This document shows positions 1-7,945 of a stretch of DNA of 38,568 nucleotides, in pieces (the first letter of the stretch is position 1; the number at the start of each line of letters is the position of its first letter). The notes under the pieces were generated by a model. The model saw only the letters and a list, made by a program, of their open reading frames with translations. It was not told the DNA's origin and searched no databases. A program made the position numbers and the translations under genes. The stretch comes from Allosphingosinicella sp. GTDB taxonomy: Bacteria > Pseudomonadota > Alphaproteobacteria > Sphingomonadales > Sphingomonadaceae. Where the stretch lies: NCBI GenBank assembly GCA_046289665.1, contig JBKBVA010000002.1:1-38568 (forward strand), in the 5' to 3' direction.

Positions 1-1
1 G

Positions 2-412
2 GTGCTGTTCGCCGGCGGCCGCCTCTCCTTCGACACCGACGAGGAGGCAAAGACGCTCGCCACCAACGTCTGGGACACGCTCGACAAGGTGCGCGACCGC
101 ATCGCCGACATGGTCCTCGTCCACGGCGGCGACAGCAAGGGCGTCGATCGGCTCGCAGCTTCCTGGGCCGAGCGGCGCAAGGTTCCGCAGCTCGCCTTTG
201 GGCTCGACAGCCGCCTTGGGCAGCGCGCCGGGTTCAAGCGCAACGAACAGATGCTCTCGCTCAACCCGCGCTGCTTGGTGGCCTTCGCCGGCAACGGCGT
301 GCTCGAGCGTCTGGTCATCCAGGCGAAGGAGAAAGGCGTTCCCGTCGTCGATCGGCGTGGCCCGCTCGGGATCAATCCCAAGCGTTCCGCGCGCGCCTCT
401 CAAGCGGCCTAG
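2..412 (+). CDS. DUF2493 / SLOG (YspA-like) domain protein, 5'-truncated by the window
   Basis: LVHGG..KGVDRLAASWA...AGFKRNEQML...AFAGNG motifs, typical of SLOG-family proteins on alphaproteobacterial ICEs and plasmids. Confidence 0.8.
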   Translation: MLFAGGRLSFDTDEEAKTLATNVWDTLDKVRDRIADMVLVHGGDSKGVDRLAASWAERRKVPQLAFGLDSRLGQRAGFKRNEQMLSLNPRCLVAFAGNGVLERLVIQAKEKGVPVVDRRGPLGINPKRSARASQAA

Positions 413-724
413 TAGCCGCTCGGCCTGGACTGGCTCACGCCGGTCCAGGCCTCCCTTCGCGGCAGATGGTTGCGGGAGCGCTCGCTTGCGGGCTAGCATG
501 TTACGTCGGCTTCGGCCGGCCGCGGCGCCCGATGCGGCTGGCCGACGCTATAGCCAAGGCGCCGGCACATGTTCCCAAACATGGTCTCACAGTCCGTACG
601 GGGGCCGCGCTTCGGCGCGCGGGGTGGCGCATGGGCCGCAGAGGAGAGGGCGCGGACGTGCGGGCGGAGGCGGGAGGCACGTCATTCGGACGCGGCCGGC
701 CTCCTTCCCAGGAGGAATGCCGCC

Positions 725-970
725 ATGTCCGACACACCCGATCACGGTCCCGATCTCCTGCGCCGCATGGAAGAGGCCATGCTCAACATGCCGAAGCTGC
801 AGAGAGAGATCTTCTTGGCGCACCGCCTGGACGACATGTCCTACGAGGAGATCGCGGAGCGGACGGGCTTCACTGTGCGCCAGGTGGAGCGCCACATGGC
901 GAAGGCGATCTACAAGCTTTCGAAGCAGCTGGACGGCCGAAAGCTGAGCTTGTGGGAGCGCTGGTTCTGA
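725..970 (+). CDS. Stand-alone sigma-70 region 4 (ECF-type HTH) protein, 81 aa
   Basis: MPKLQREIFLAHRLDDMSYEEIAERTGFTVRQVERHMAKA is a region-4 HTH. AGGAGG at 710-715 precedes ATG 725, so the start was moved from the ORF-track 569. Confidence 0.8.
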   Translation: MSDTPDHGPDLLRRMEEAMLNMPKLQREIFLAHRLDDMSYEEIAERTGFTVRQVERHMAKAIYKLSKQLDGRKLSLWERWF

Positions 971-1030
971 CAACCTGGGGCGCTGTCTTGCCCTCGCCAC
1001 CGGCGCCCGGACCTCTTAGGATCGATCTCG

Positions 1031-1960
1031 ATGCGAACCGACCTCGACCATCTTCCCCCTGCCAAGCAGCGCGAGCTGGAGCGCGTGGTGCGCATCCTGT
1101 TCGAGGAATTCGATGAGAAGGTCGCCCTCGCAACGCAGGAGTGGAAGCGCAAGGCGCGCATTCAGAAGATCATCCTCTACGGCTCCTACGCGCGCGGGGA
1201 CTGGGTCGACGAGCCTCATACCGCGAAAGGCTATCAGTCCGATTTCGACCTGTTGATCATCGTCGACGACCAGAGGCTTACGGATCGGGTGGAATATTGG
1301 TCGAAGCCGGAGGACCGACTGACGCGAGAGCTGTCGATCACGAAGACGCTGCGCACTCCCGTCAACTTCATCGTCCACTCTCGTCAGGAGGTGAACGACG
1401 GGCTCGCTCACGGCCGGTACTTCTTCATCGACGTCGCGAAGGAGGGGATCGCCCTCTACCAGAGCGACGACAGCGACCTCCCGGAGCCGAAAGCGAAGAC
1501 GCCAGAGCAGGCTCTGGCGATGGCGAAGGAATATTTTGAAGAGTGGTATCCCTCCGCCCTGAAACGCTTCAACATTGCCAAATTCGATGTCCAGCAGGGC
1601 TACCTGAAGGACGCCGCGTTCGACCTGCATCAGACGGCGGAACGCCTTTACCACTGCGTCCTGCTCGTCTGCACTTTCTATACGCCGCACATCCACAATA
1701 TCGGCTTTCTGAGGACGCAGGCGGAGCGGATTGACCGGCGTCTCACCTATGTCTGGCCGAACGACACGAAGCGCGAGCGGTCGCTGTTCGAGAAGCTCAA
1801 GGCCGCTTACGTGAAGGCACGCTACTCCAAGCACTACCGTATCAGCGCGGAGGAGTTGGCTTGGCTCGATCCTCGCGTGGAAGAGCTCGGGCAGGTCGTG
1901 CACGTGGTCTGTTCGGAACGGATCGCGATGCTGGAGGCGCAGGCACGAGCCGCGGAGTAG
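1031..1960 (+). CDS. Fused minimal nucleotidyltransferase + HEPN domain protein
   Basis: N-terminal ILYGSYARGD...SDFDLL (MNT motif); C-terminal AAFDLHQTAERLY...HIHNI...KARY HEPN helical domain. Confidence 0.9.
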   Translation: MRTDLDHLPPAKQRELERVVRILFEEFDEKVALATQEWKRKARIQKIILYGSYARGDWVDEPHTAKGYQSDFDLLIIVDDQRLTDRVEYWSKPEDRLTRELSITKTLRTPVNFIVHSRQEVNDGLAHGRYFFIDVAKEGIALYQSDDSDLPEPKAKTPEQALAMAKEYFEEWYPSALKRFNIAKFDVQQGYLKDAAFDLHQTAERLYHCVLLVCTFYTPHIHNIGFLRTQAERIDRRLTYVWPNDTKRERSLFEKLKAAYVKARYSKHYRISAEELAWLDPRVEELGQVVHVVCSERIAMLEAQARAAE

Positions 1961-2077
1961 CCGGCGAAGACCGGCTCGATGAGCCCAAGGGCACCGCCCG
2001 ACTCTCTTTTTTTGCCAGTCTCGGGCGTACGGCTGCTCCCGGCTGGACCACCCCCATCTCCTTTCTTCAGCCCTCCT

Positions 2078-2207
2078 GGCGCGGCTGCGGCGGTGCGCAA
2101 CCCGCGGCCCTTCGGCCCGTGTTGCCCTTTGGGCTGCCCGCGCCGGCCTCGGGCCGGGGTTCCCCTGCGGCTTCGCCTTCGGTGCGCGCCGCCGCATTCG
2201 CCGCGCC
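2078..2207. promoter_or_regulatory. Long imperfect inverted repeat upstream of ssb (candidate single-strand promoter/ssi-type hairpin)
   Basis: Arm 2078-2099 GGCGCGGCTGCGGCGGTGCGCA pairs with arm 2183-2207 TGCGCGCCGCCGCATTCGCCGCGCC (3-nt bulge, 1 mismatch), with small internal stems between them. Confidence 0.5.
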
Positions 2208-2262
2208 TCTCTGCGGGCTGTCGACGGGGTGGTCCCGGCGACGGGAACAGGAGACTTTCGAC

Positions 2263-2676
2263 ATGACCAACATCGTGATCCTCGTCGGCAACCTGGGCGC
2301 CGACCCCGAGCTTCGCTCGGCCAACAGCGGCACCGACATCGCCAGCTTCAGCCTCGGCACGAGCCGTCCGAAGCGCGACAGCGAGGGCAAGACCTACAAG
2401 GATGCGAGCGGGTTCACCGCCAAGGACACCGAGTGGCACCGCATCACCTGCTTCAACGGGCTCGGCAGGATCATCGCGCAGCATGCGACCAAGGGCATGC
2501 TCGTTTCGGTGCGCGGCCGGCTCCACTACACCCGCTGGACCGACCGGGAAGGCATCGAGCGGTTCGGCTCCGAGATCATCGCCGACGATGTCCAGTTCCT
2601 GAGCCGGCCGCGGCAGTCGGCTTCCGGCGAGGCCTCCGAGCCGCAGCAGGATCTGGACGACGACGTGCCATTCTGA
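2263..2676 (+). CDS. ssb: Single-stranded DNA-binding protein, 137 aa
   Basis: NIVILVGNLGADPELR...TEWHRI...KG..VSVRGRL OB fold and acidic DDDVPF tail; AGGAG RBS before ATG 2263. Confidence 0.95.
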   Translation: MTNIVILVGNLGADPELRSANSGTDIASFSLGTSRPKRDSEGKTYKDASGFTAKDTEWHRITCFNGLGRIIAQHATKGMLVSVRGRLHYTRWTDREGIERFGSEIIADDVQFLSRPRQSASGEASEPQQDLDDDVPF

Positions 2677-2690
2677 GGGCCTCACCTGAC

Positions 2691-2721
2691 GCCCCGGCGG
2701 CTCCGGCTGCCGGGGCTTCTT
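2691..2721 (+). terminator. Probable rho-independent terminator after ssb
   Basis: GCCCCGGCGGC-TCCG-GCTGCCGGGGC stem-loop followed by TTCTT. Confidence 0.6.
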
Positions 2722-2835
2722 GCATGTTCATCGCGATGCTTTCGAACCTCGGAACAAGCCCCGCGGTCGTGTTCGCAGCGGGAGGAGAGGCTGCGGGGGA
2801 GGGAGGTCTCGTCTCGTAAAGGCCCAGTGTGGCGT

Positions 2836-2946
2836 GCGGCGAAACGGCTATCAAGGCTGCGCGGTCCCCCCAATTTGCTGCGCAAATCGGCTCCCCCGCG
2901 CCCCGCTTCGCGGCGCCTTCGGCGGCCCTGACAGCCGCCTCGCCGC
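2836..2946. promoter_or_regulatory. Long imperfect hairpin, Frpo-like single-stranded promoter candidate
   Basis: Arms 2836-2860 and 2922-2946 match at 20/25 positions and carry TATCAA / CTGACA (-35-like) opposite each other. Internal stems include ATTTGC/GCAAAT and CCGCTTCGCGG. Confidence 0.5.
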
Positions 2947-2999
2947 CCGCTCCGCAGGCGCCGTCTTCGATCGGAAGACGAGGCTGAAGGAGACGACAG

Positions 3000-3347
3000 A
3001 TGAACATGATGGCGACAGTTTTTCGAAGTTCCGATGCTGCGATTGACGCGCTTCGGGCGGAGTTCGGGGCGGTTCTCGCGGAGCGGATTCTGGAGGCCGA
3101 AGCGGTCGATTTTCTGTGGGGAGCGCGCGTCCGGGAGCGGTATCTCGGGCAGCAGATCGGCCTCGATTTCGACGATGAGGATGCGTCCCAAGAGCTCTCT
3201 CGGGTCGCGATCTTGAGCGTGCTGGACGGGCGCTGGTACATCGGGATGTGCCTGGTTGATGGCGAAGGGGCGGCGGTCGAGCTGCTCTGGAAGCGGCGGT
3301 TCCAAGGCCGCGGAGAGGCCGAATTGGAGCTTCTCCGGGCGCGATAG
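3000..3347 (+). CDS. Hypothetical protein, 115 aa
   Basis: AAGGAG RBS before ATG 3000, globular composition, co-oriented with ssb. Confidence 0.7.
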   Translation: MNMMATVFRSSDAAIDALRAEFGAVLAERILEAEAVDFLWGARVRERYLGQQIGLDFDDEDASQELSRVAILSVLDGRWYIGMCLVDGEGAAVELLWKRRFQGRGEAELELLRAR

Positions 3348-3516
3348 CTACACTGAAGTCCTCTCGCGGGGGCGGCGCGGCAGCGTCGCTCCCGCTTTCT
3401 TGTACTCGACGATGCTACCGCCAACCCCCCGGGAGAGTACCGTCCAGGGGGGTCCTGTGGCGTCCATAGCCCGATGAGCTGAAGGGTAGGCGCAGGTGTG
3501 AGGCAAAGAGAGTATA

Positions 3517-3611
3517 GTGATGGCAAGATTAAAGCAGTGCCTCCCTGAGGCCCTGAAAGTGGCGTCTGCACATCGTTTTTTGTGGAGGCATGCGGGGGCG
3601 CATGCCTCCAC
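3517..3611. other. Candidate origin of transfer (oriT) region
   Basis: Immediately upstream of the relaxase. Perfect 13-bp inverted repeat GTGGAGGCATGCG-GGGG-CGCATGCCTCCAC (3582-3611), with an AT-richer GGCAAGATTAAAGC motif nearby. Confidence 0.45.
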
Positions 3612-3693
3612 TTGCTCAAGAGGTGGCGGATTCCTGCGGCGCATTGTGGAGGACCTTGAAGCCGATCCCCGGCCTCGCCTCATATCCCTTGTC

Positions 3694-5670
3694 ATGGCAC
3701 AGGAAGACGATTTTGAGCTGTGGCTCGGCCGCATCGGCGACCGCGGCCGCGGGAGCGGCAAACGGTTCGCAAGCCGCATTCGGCAGGCGGTCCAGCTCGC
3801 TGGCGGCTCGCGGGCGCGTGGTGGCGCTGCTCGGAAGTTCGACGGCAGCCGCATCGGCCGCGGTGCCGGCGCCGGGCGAGTGCTGTCGAGTGGGCCCAGG
3901 CATAGGGGCCCAACCGCGCGGCGGGTGGTGGTGAAGGCCAGTATCGTCAAGCTGGGCCGGAAGGGACTCGCGCGCGCGACGGCGCACATGCGTTACCTTC
4001 AGCGGGACGGCACGACGCGCGAAGGCGAGCGGGGCGCGCTCTACTCCGAGCGGGAGGATCGGGCGAACGGCAAGGACTTCGTCGCCAGGGGCGAGGGAGA
4101 CCGCCATCAGTTCCGCTTCATCGTCGCGCCGGAGGACGGCTCCGAATATGAGGATTTGAAGCCGCTCGTCCGGCGGTTCATGGCCCAGGCGGAGAAGGAC
4201 CTCGGGACTAAGCTCGACTGGGTCGCCGTCGACCACTTCAACACCGGGCACCCGCACAGCCATGTCATCGTCCGGGGAAAGGACGATCGCGGCAAGGACC
4301 TGATCATCGCTCGCGAGTACCTGACGCAGGGGCTGCGGGAGCGTGCCGCCGAGCTGGTAAACTTGGACCTGGGACCGAGGACTGAGCGGGAGATCCTTCG
4401 CTCGCAGCTCCGGGAGGTCGAGCAGGAGCGGCTGACTGGCATTGATCGACGGCTGATCCGTTCAATTGATGCGGAGGGGCTGGTGGATCCGCGGCGCGGC
4501 AGCTGGGTCGAGCAGGACCTGCGCACGGCACGGCTGCGCACGCTCTCGGGGATGGGATTGGCCAGCGAGCAGCGCGGCGGCCGCTGGAAGGTCGATCCTG
4601 AGCTTGAGACGACGCTGCGGGAGATGGGCCGCCGTGGCGATATCGTCCGCACGATGAACCACGCGCTCAAGGTGGCGATGCAGCCGCGGGCGCCGCAGGA
4701 CCAGGCGATCTACGATCCGGACGCGCCGAATGCGCGGCCGGTGGTCGGCCGGCTGGTCGCGTCGGGTCTTGCGGACGAGCATGCCGATCGGCGGTTCCTC
4801 ATCGTCGATGGGGTGGATGGGCACACCCACTATGTCGATGTTGGGGCCAGCGCCTTGGACGCGCGGCCGGGGGCGATTGTCCAAGTCGAGCCGCGGCAGG
4901 CGGGCGTGCGGGAGGTGGATCGGACGATCGCGGCGATCGCCGGTGCAAGCAAGGGCTGGTACAGCGTCGAGCTTCATCAGTTCCGCGACCCCACCGCCAG
5001 CGAGCCATTCGCCACGGCGCATATCCGCCGGCTGGAAGCGCTTCGCCGCAGCGGCCTTCCTGTCGAGCGGGAGGGAGATGGGTACTGGCAGATCCCTGCC
5101 GATCACCTGGAGCGGGTCGAGGCGCACGAGCGGCGGCTTCGGGCGAGGATGCCCGTCACTATTGCGGTCCTCAGCGGTGAGCGGCTTGATCTCCTGCCCC
5201 AGCGCGACGGAGCGACCTGGCTCGATCGCGAGATGGTTGCTGAGAAGCCGGTGGAGCTCGGGCGCGGGTTCGGGGCTGAGGTTCGAAAAGCAATTGACCG
5301 GCGGATGCAGTGGCTAGCGGCCCAGCGGCTGATCGACCTGGAGGGGGAGGACTACCGGTTCAGGTCCGACCTTGTGGGCCAGCTTGAGCGACGGGAGCTC
5401 AGGGCCGCCGCCGAGAAGATTGGCCGGGAGAGCGGGCGAGCCTTCCGTCAGCACGAGATCGGCGACCACGTGCAGGGTATCTGCCGCGGGGCGGTCCAGG
5501 TCGGCGACCGCAAGTTCGCGCTGGTTGAGCACTCGCTCGAGTTCAGCCTGGTGCCGTGGCGGCCGGTGCTGGAGCGGCAGATCGGACGGGAGATATCGGG
5601 GGTCGTGCGCGGCGGGGGTATCAGCTGGACCATTGGCCGTGAGCGGCAAGGTCCCAGCATCGGCATGTAA
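3694..5670 (+). CDS. rlxS: VirD2-like (MOBP) relaxase with C-terminal DUF3363, RlxS type, 658 aa
   Basis: Motif I HMRYLQRDG, motif II FRFIVAPEDG, HUH motif III DHFNTGHPHSH; C-terminal GATWLDR...FSLVPWRPVLE...ISW. Start moved to MAQEDDFE (ATG 3694) to match the family N-terminus as I recall it. Confidence 0.92.
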   Translation: MAQEDDFELWLGRIGDRGRGSGKRFASRIRQAVQLAGGSRARGGAARKFDGSRIGRGAGAGRVLSSGPRHRGPTARRVVVKASIVKLGRKGLARATAHMRYLQRDGTTREGERGALYSEREDRANGKDFVARGEGDRHQFRFIVAPEDGSEYEDLKPLVRRFMAQAEKDLGTKLDWVAVDHFNTGHPHSHVIVRGKDDRGKDLIIAREYLTQGLRERAAELVNLDLGPRTEREILRSQLREVEQERLTGIDRRLIRSIDAEGLVDPRRGSWVEQDLRTARLRTLSGMGLASEQRGGRWKVDPELETTLREMGRRGDIVRTMNHALKVAMQPRAPQDQAIYDPDAPNARPVVGRLVASGLADEHADRRFLIVDGVDGHTHYVDVGASALDARPGAIVQVEPRQAGVREVDRTIAAIAGASKGWYSVELHQFRDPTASEPFATAHIRRLEALRRSGLPVEREGDGYWQIPADHLERVEAHERRLRARMPVTIAVLSGERLDLLPQRDGATWLDREMVAEKPVELGRGFGAEVRKAIDRRMQWLAAQRLIDLEGEDYRFRSDLVGQLERRELRAAAEKIGRESGRAFRQHEIGDHVQGICRGAVQVGDRKFALVEHSLEFSLVPWRPVLERQIGREISGVVRGGGISWTIGRERQGPSIGM

Positions 5671-5756
5671 GCTGGACGCACGTGCGGTGAGCGGGCTCTT
5701 GGTGCGGCGGAGGCGCCGTTCGGCCCAACGCGGCCTGTCCCCATACTGGCGCTGCC

Positions 5757-6185
5757 ATGAGGACGTTCAAGACACGCCACCAATTCTATCTGCCCGACGA
5801 TCTTTCGGAGGCTCTGGATCGGCTCTGCGCATCGTCCGGCTCGTCGAAAACGGCCGTGCTGACGGAGGGGCTGAAGGCCGTGCTCGAGCGGCGCGCCGGC
5901 CATGAGCTGGACCAGAGGTTCGGAGTGCGTTTGGACCGGATCAGTCACGGGCAGGAGCGGCTCGAAAGCAAGGTCGATCTTCTGGCCGAAGCTTTTGGCA
6001 CGTTCGTTCACCACCAGCTGACGATGGTCGCGCACCAGCCGCCCTTTGATGACGAGACGAAGCAGCTAGGCCTGAAGCGGTATCAGGCGTTCATCGATTT
6101 GGTGGGGCGGCGGCTGGCGTCCGATTCGAATCTTAAGCTGTCGAACTTTTCCGCCGCACCTCCCGATGAACAGGCGTCCGCGTGA
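5757..6185 (+). CDS. CopG/ribbon-helix-helix protein of the type found between traG and trbB in ICEs
   Basis: N-terminal KTRHQFYLPDDLSEALD..SKTAV RHH, then RLDRI...EAFGTFVHHQLT...G..RYQAFIDLVGRRLA. Confidence 0.8.
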   Translation: MRTFKTRHQFYLPDDLSEALDRLCASSGSSKTAVLTEGLKAVLERRAGHELDQRFGVRLDRISHGQERLESKVDLLAEAFGTFVHHQLTMVAHQPPFDDETKQLGLKRYQAFIDLVGRRLASDSNLKLSNFSAAPPDEQASA

Positions 6186-6360
6186 GGAGTGCGTCAGCCC
6201 CCCTTTGGCAAGGTAAGTGTGGTTTGGTACTACCACACACACCTTGCGCTGGCCGCTGAAGCGTCTCGCCGCCTCGCGATGCCTTGGATCTCCTCCGACA
6301 TGGGATATCGTTAATGAGGGTGTAGAGTGGTGCGCGCGAAGTTTTCGAAGGCACATCCTC

Positions 6361-6765
6361 TCAGGTTTTGCGGCTCCAGAGCGACTGGAGGCGGCGCCAC
6401 AGACGTGCCCACCAGCTTCTGGGGTAGAGGTCCGCATAATAGCGCTCACGGCGACGCTGCTCGCCGACGCGCCCTTCGGCGATCTGGCTGGGGGACCACT
6501 GCCTTGCCCATTCAACGCTGCCGTTCCGGATCCAGTAGTGAGCCTTGCACGGGCGTTGCCAGTTGCCGATCGAGGGGGAGAGGGAAGGGCCGACGGTGTC
6601 TTCGGTAAAGGTCCACTCCGCCGGCCCGAGCGGCGTGCGCACCTTCGATCCGCAGCCGCACGCGCAAAGGTGCGCGGCTGTCTCATACGCTTCCGACACG
6701 TACAGTACGCCGGATTCGAGCTGCGCCGGCATCCTCCGGACGCGTTCAAGCCTAAACCTCATCAA
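6361..6765 (-). CDS. DUF6527 family protein (Cys/His-rich, putative metal-binding peptidase or ligase-like partner of the Ubl system)
   Basis: LESGVLYVS...AHLCACGCG...SLSPSIGNW..PCKAHYWIRNG..W; start overlaps the stop of the ThiF gene. Confidence 0.8.
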   Translation of the reverse strand: MMRFRLERVRRMPAQLESGVLYVSEAYETAAHLCACGCGSKVRTPLGPAEWTFTEDTVGPSLSPSIGNWQRPCKAHYWIRNGSVEWARQWSPSQIAEGRVGEQRRRERYYADLYPRSWWARLWRRLQSLWSRKT

Positions 6766-7945
6766 AGCTTGCCTCGCCGGTCAGGTGCAAGTCGCCGATC
6801 CCGAACAATATGTGCCGGAATTTTTCCTCGTCGAGATAGAAGCCGCGCACCTGCTTATACCGGATTAAAGCGAGGCAGGCATTGAGCGCGTTGAGCTCCC
6901 CGATTTGGATGTTGGCGCGGTAGATGTCGTCGGCTGCATCGGAGAGGTCCGCAAGCTGGAGGTCGCGCATCGCGGCCGCTTCCGCCGCCGGATAGTAGGT
7001 CGCTCGCAGCATACCGCCGATCGGTCCGTGCTTGCGATTGAGGCCCATTCCGACGTCGATGAAGGGAATGCCCCTTGAGATCAGCAGGTCGAATATCGCC
7101 CCGCGCGACGACCCCTTGTCGACGCACACGAACGCGAACGTGACGCCGTCGAGCCGGTCGGCCGTCGTTTCGTCGATGTAGGTCGCCTCGACGTGAAGGC
7201 TGTGCCGGAAATTATCGTAGCGATTGCTGTAGACGGTCGCCTTGGGCGTGTTGAGCTCCTCGGGGGCGAGCCGTCCCGGCGACCGGAAGGCGGTGTGGAC
7301 GTGGTAGGCGTCGCCGTCGAAGGCGCGGATTTCGGGCACGGGCGTCTTCACCAGCAGGTCGAGGAGATACGCGCCGGTACCGCCAAGGCCAATGACCGCC
7401 ACGGTCTCCCCGGCGAAGCCGGCGTTGAGGTCGCCGATCTGTGCCCGCGACGTGAGCGTGTCCTGGAAGTTGAAGATCGGGTCGGGCTCGAAATCCTCGG
7501 TTGTCCTGAAGGTGAGGGGCGAAACTCCGTGGCGCTCGATTGCGGGGCCGGAGATGATCGAGACGTAGCTCACGATCTTGTCGGAGAAATTGTCGAACTT
7601 GCCCGCCGGCTTCGGCTTGTTCGAGAAGGAGCGCTGCACGACCACGTCGCTGCTTGCCGCGCTGAGCTGGATCGTCGTGGCACCGCCGGCGAGGTTGCGG
7701 ACCGGGGTGCCGTCCAGCTGGTGCGGATGGCTGCCGGCGAAGTAAATCTGGTGATCGTCCTGCGCGACGTGATCCTCGTCCAGGAAGACCAGCTTGGCGA
7801 CGATAGCGCCCCATTGGAGCGCGCCCTTTTGGTCGAGATAGGGGATGTCGCGAACGACCAGGCAGTTGCTGTCGAACGCGACCGCATAGCCGCGCTCGAC
7901 CAGCTCGGCGAGGTCCGGATTATGACTGACCAGTCTCTGAAACAT
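6752..7945 (-). CDS. E2-like (DUF6791) + E1/ThiF adenylyltransferase fusion, 397 aa
   Basis: ThiF motifs VAVIGLGGTG, FDGD, FVCVDKG, FIDVGMG, NIQIGELNALNA; N-terminal LVVRDIPY...DHQIYFAG...FSNKP domain. Confidence 0.88.
   Translation of the reverse strand: MFQRLVSHNPDLAELVERGYAVAFDSNCLVVRDIPYLDQKGALQWGAIVAKLVFLDEDHVAQDDHQIYFAGSHPHQLDGTPVRNLAGGATTIQLSAASSDVVVQRSFSNKPKPAGKFDNFSDKIVSYVSIISGPAIERHGVSPLTFRTTEDFEPDPIFNFQDTLTSRAQIGDLNAGFAGETVAVIGLGGTGAYLLDLLVKTPVPEIRAFDGDAYHVHTAFRSPGRLAPEELNTPKATVYSNRYDNFRHSLHVEATYIDETTADRLDGVTFAFVCVDKGSSRGAIFDLLISRGIPFIDVGMGLNRKHGPIGGMLRATYYPAAEAAAMRDLQLADLSDAADDIYRANIQIGELNALNACLALIRYKQVRGFYLDEEKFRHILFGIGDLHLTGEASFDEV

Noticed and set aside
413-720. A third leading-region hairpin element upstream of the sigma-r4 gene
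   Set aside because: Some complementary GC-rich stretches exist (about 504-548), but they are too short to distinguish from chance by eye.
1861-2262. Long N-terminal extension of ssb in the ORF track
   Set aside because: It overlaps the HEPN gene and the hairpin region; the RBS and OB fold start at 2263.
3517-3693. 59-aa N-terminal extension of the relaxase in the ORF track
   Set aside because: The family-like N-terminus starts at MAQEDDFE, and the extension runs through the inverted-repeat/oriT-like region.
6217-6238. GTGTGGT-N8-ACCACAC inverted repeat between convergent genes
   Set aside because: Only 7 bp with no U-tract; not enough to call a terminator or recombination site.
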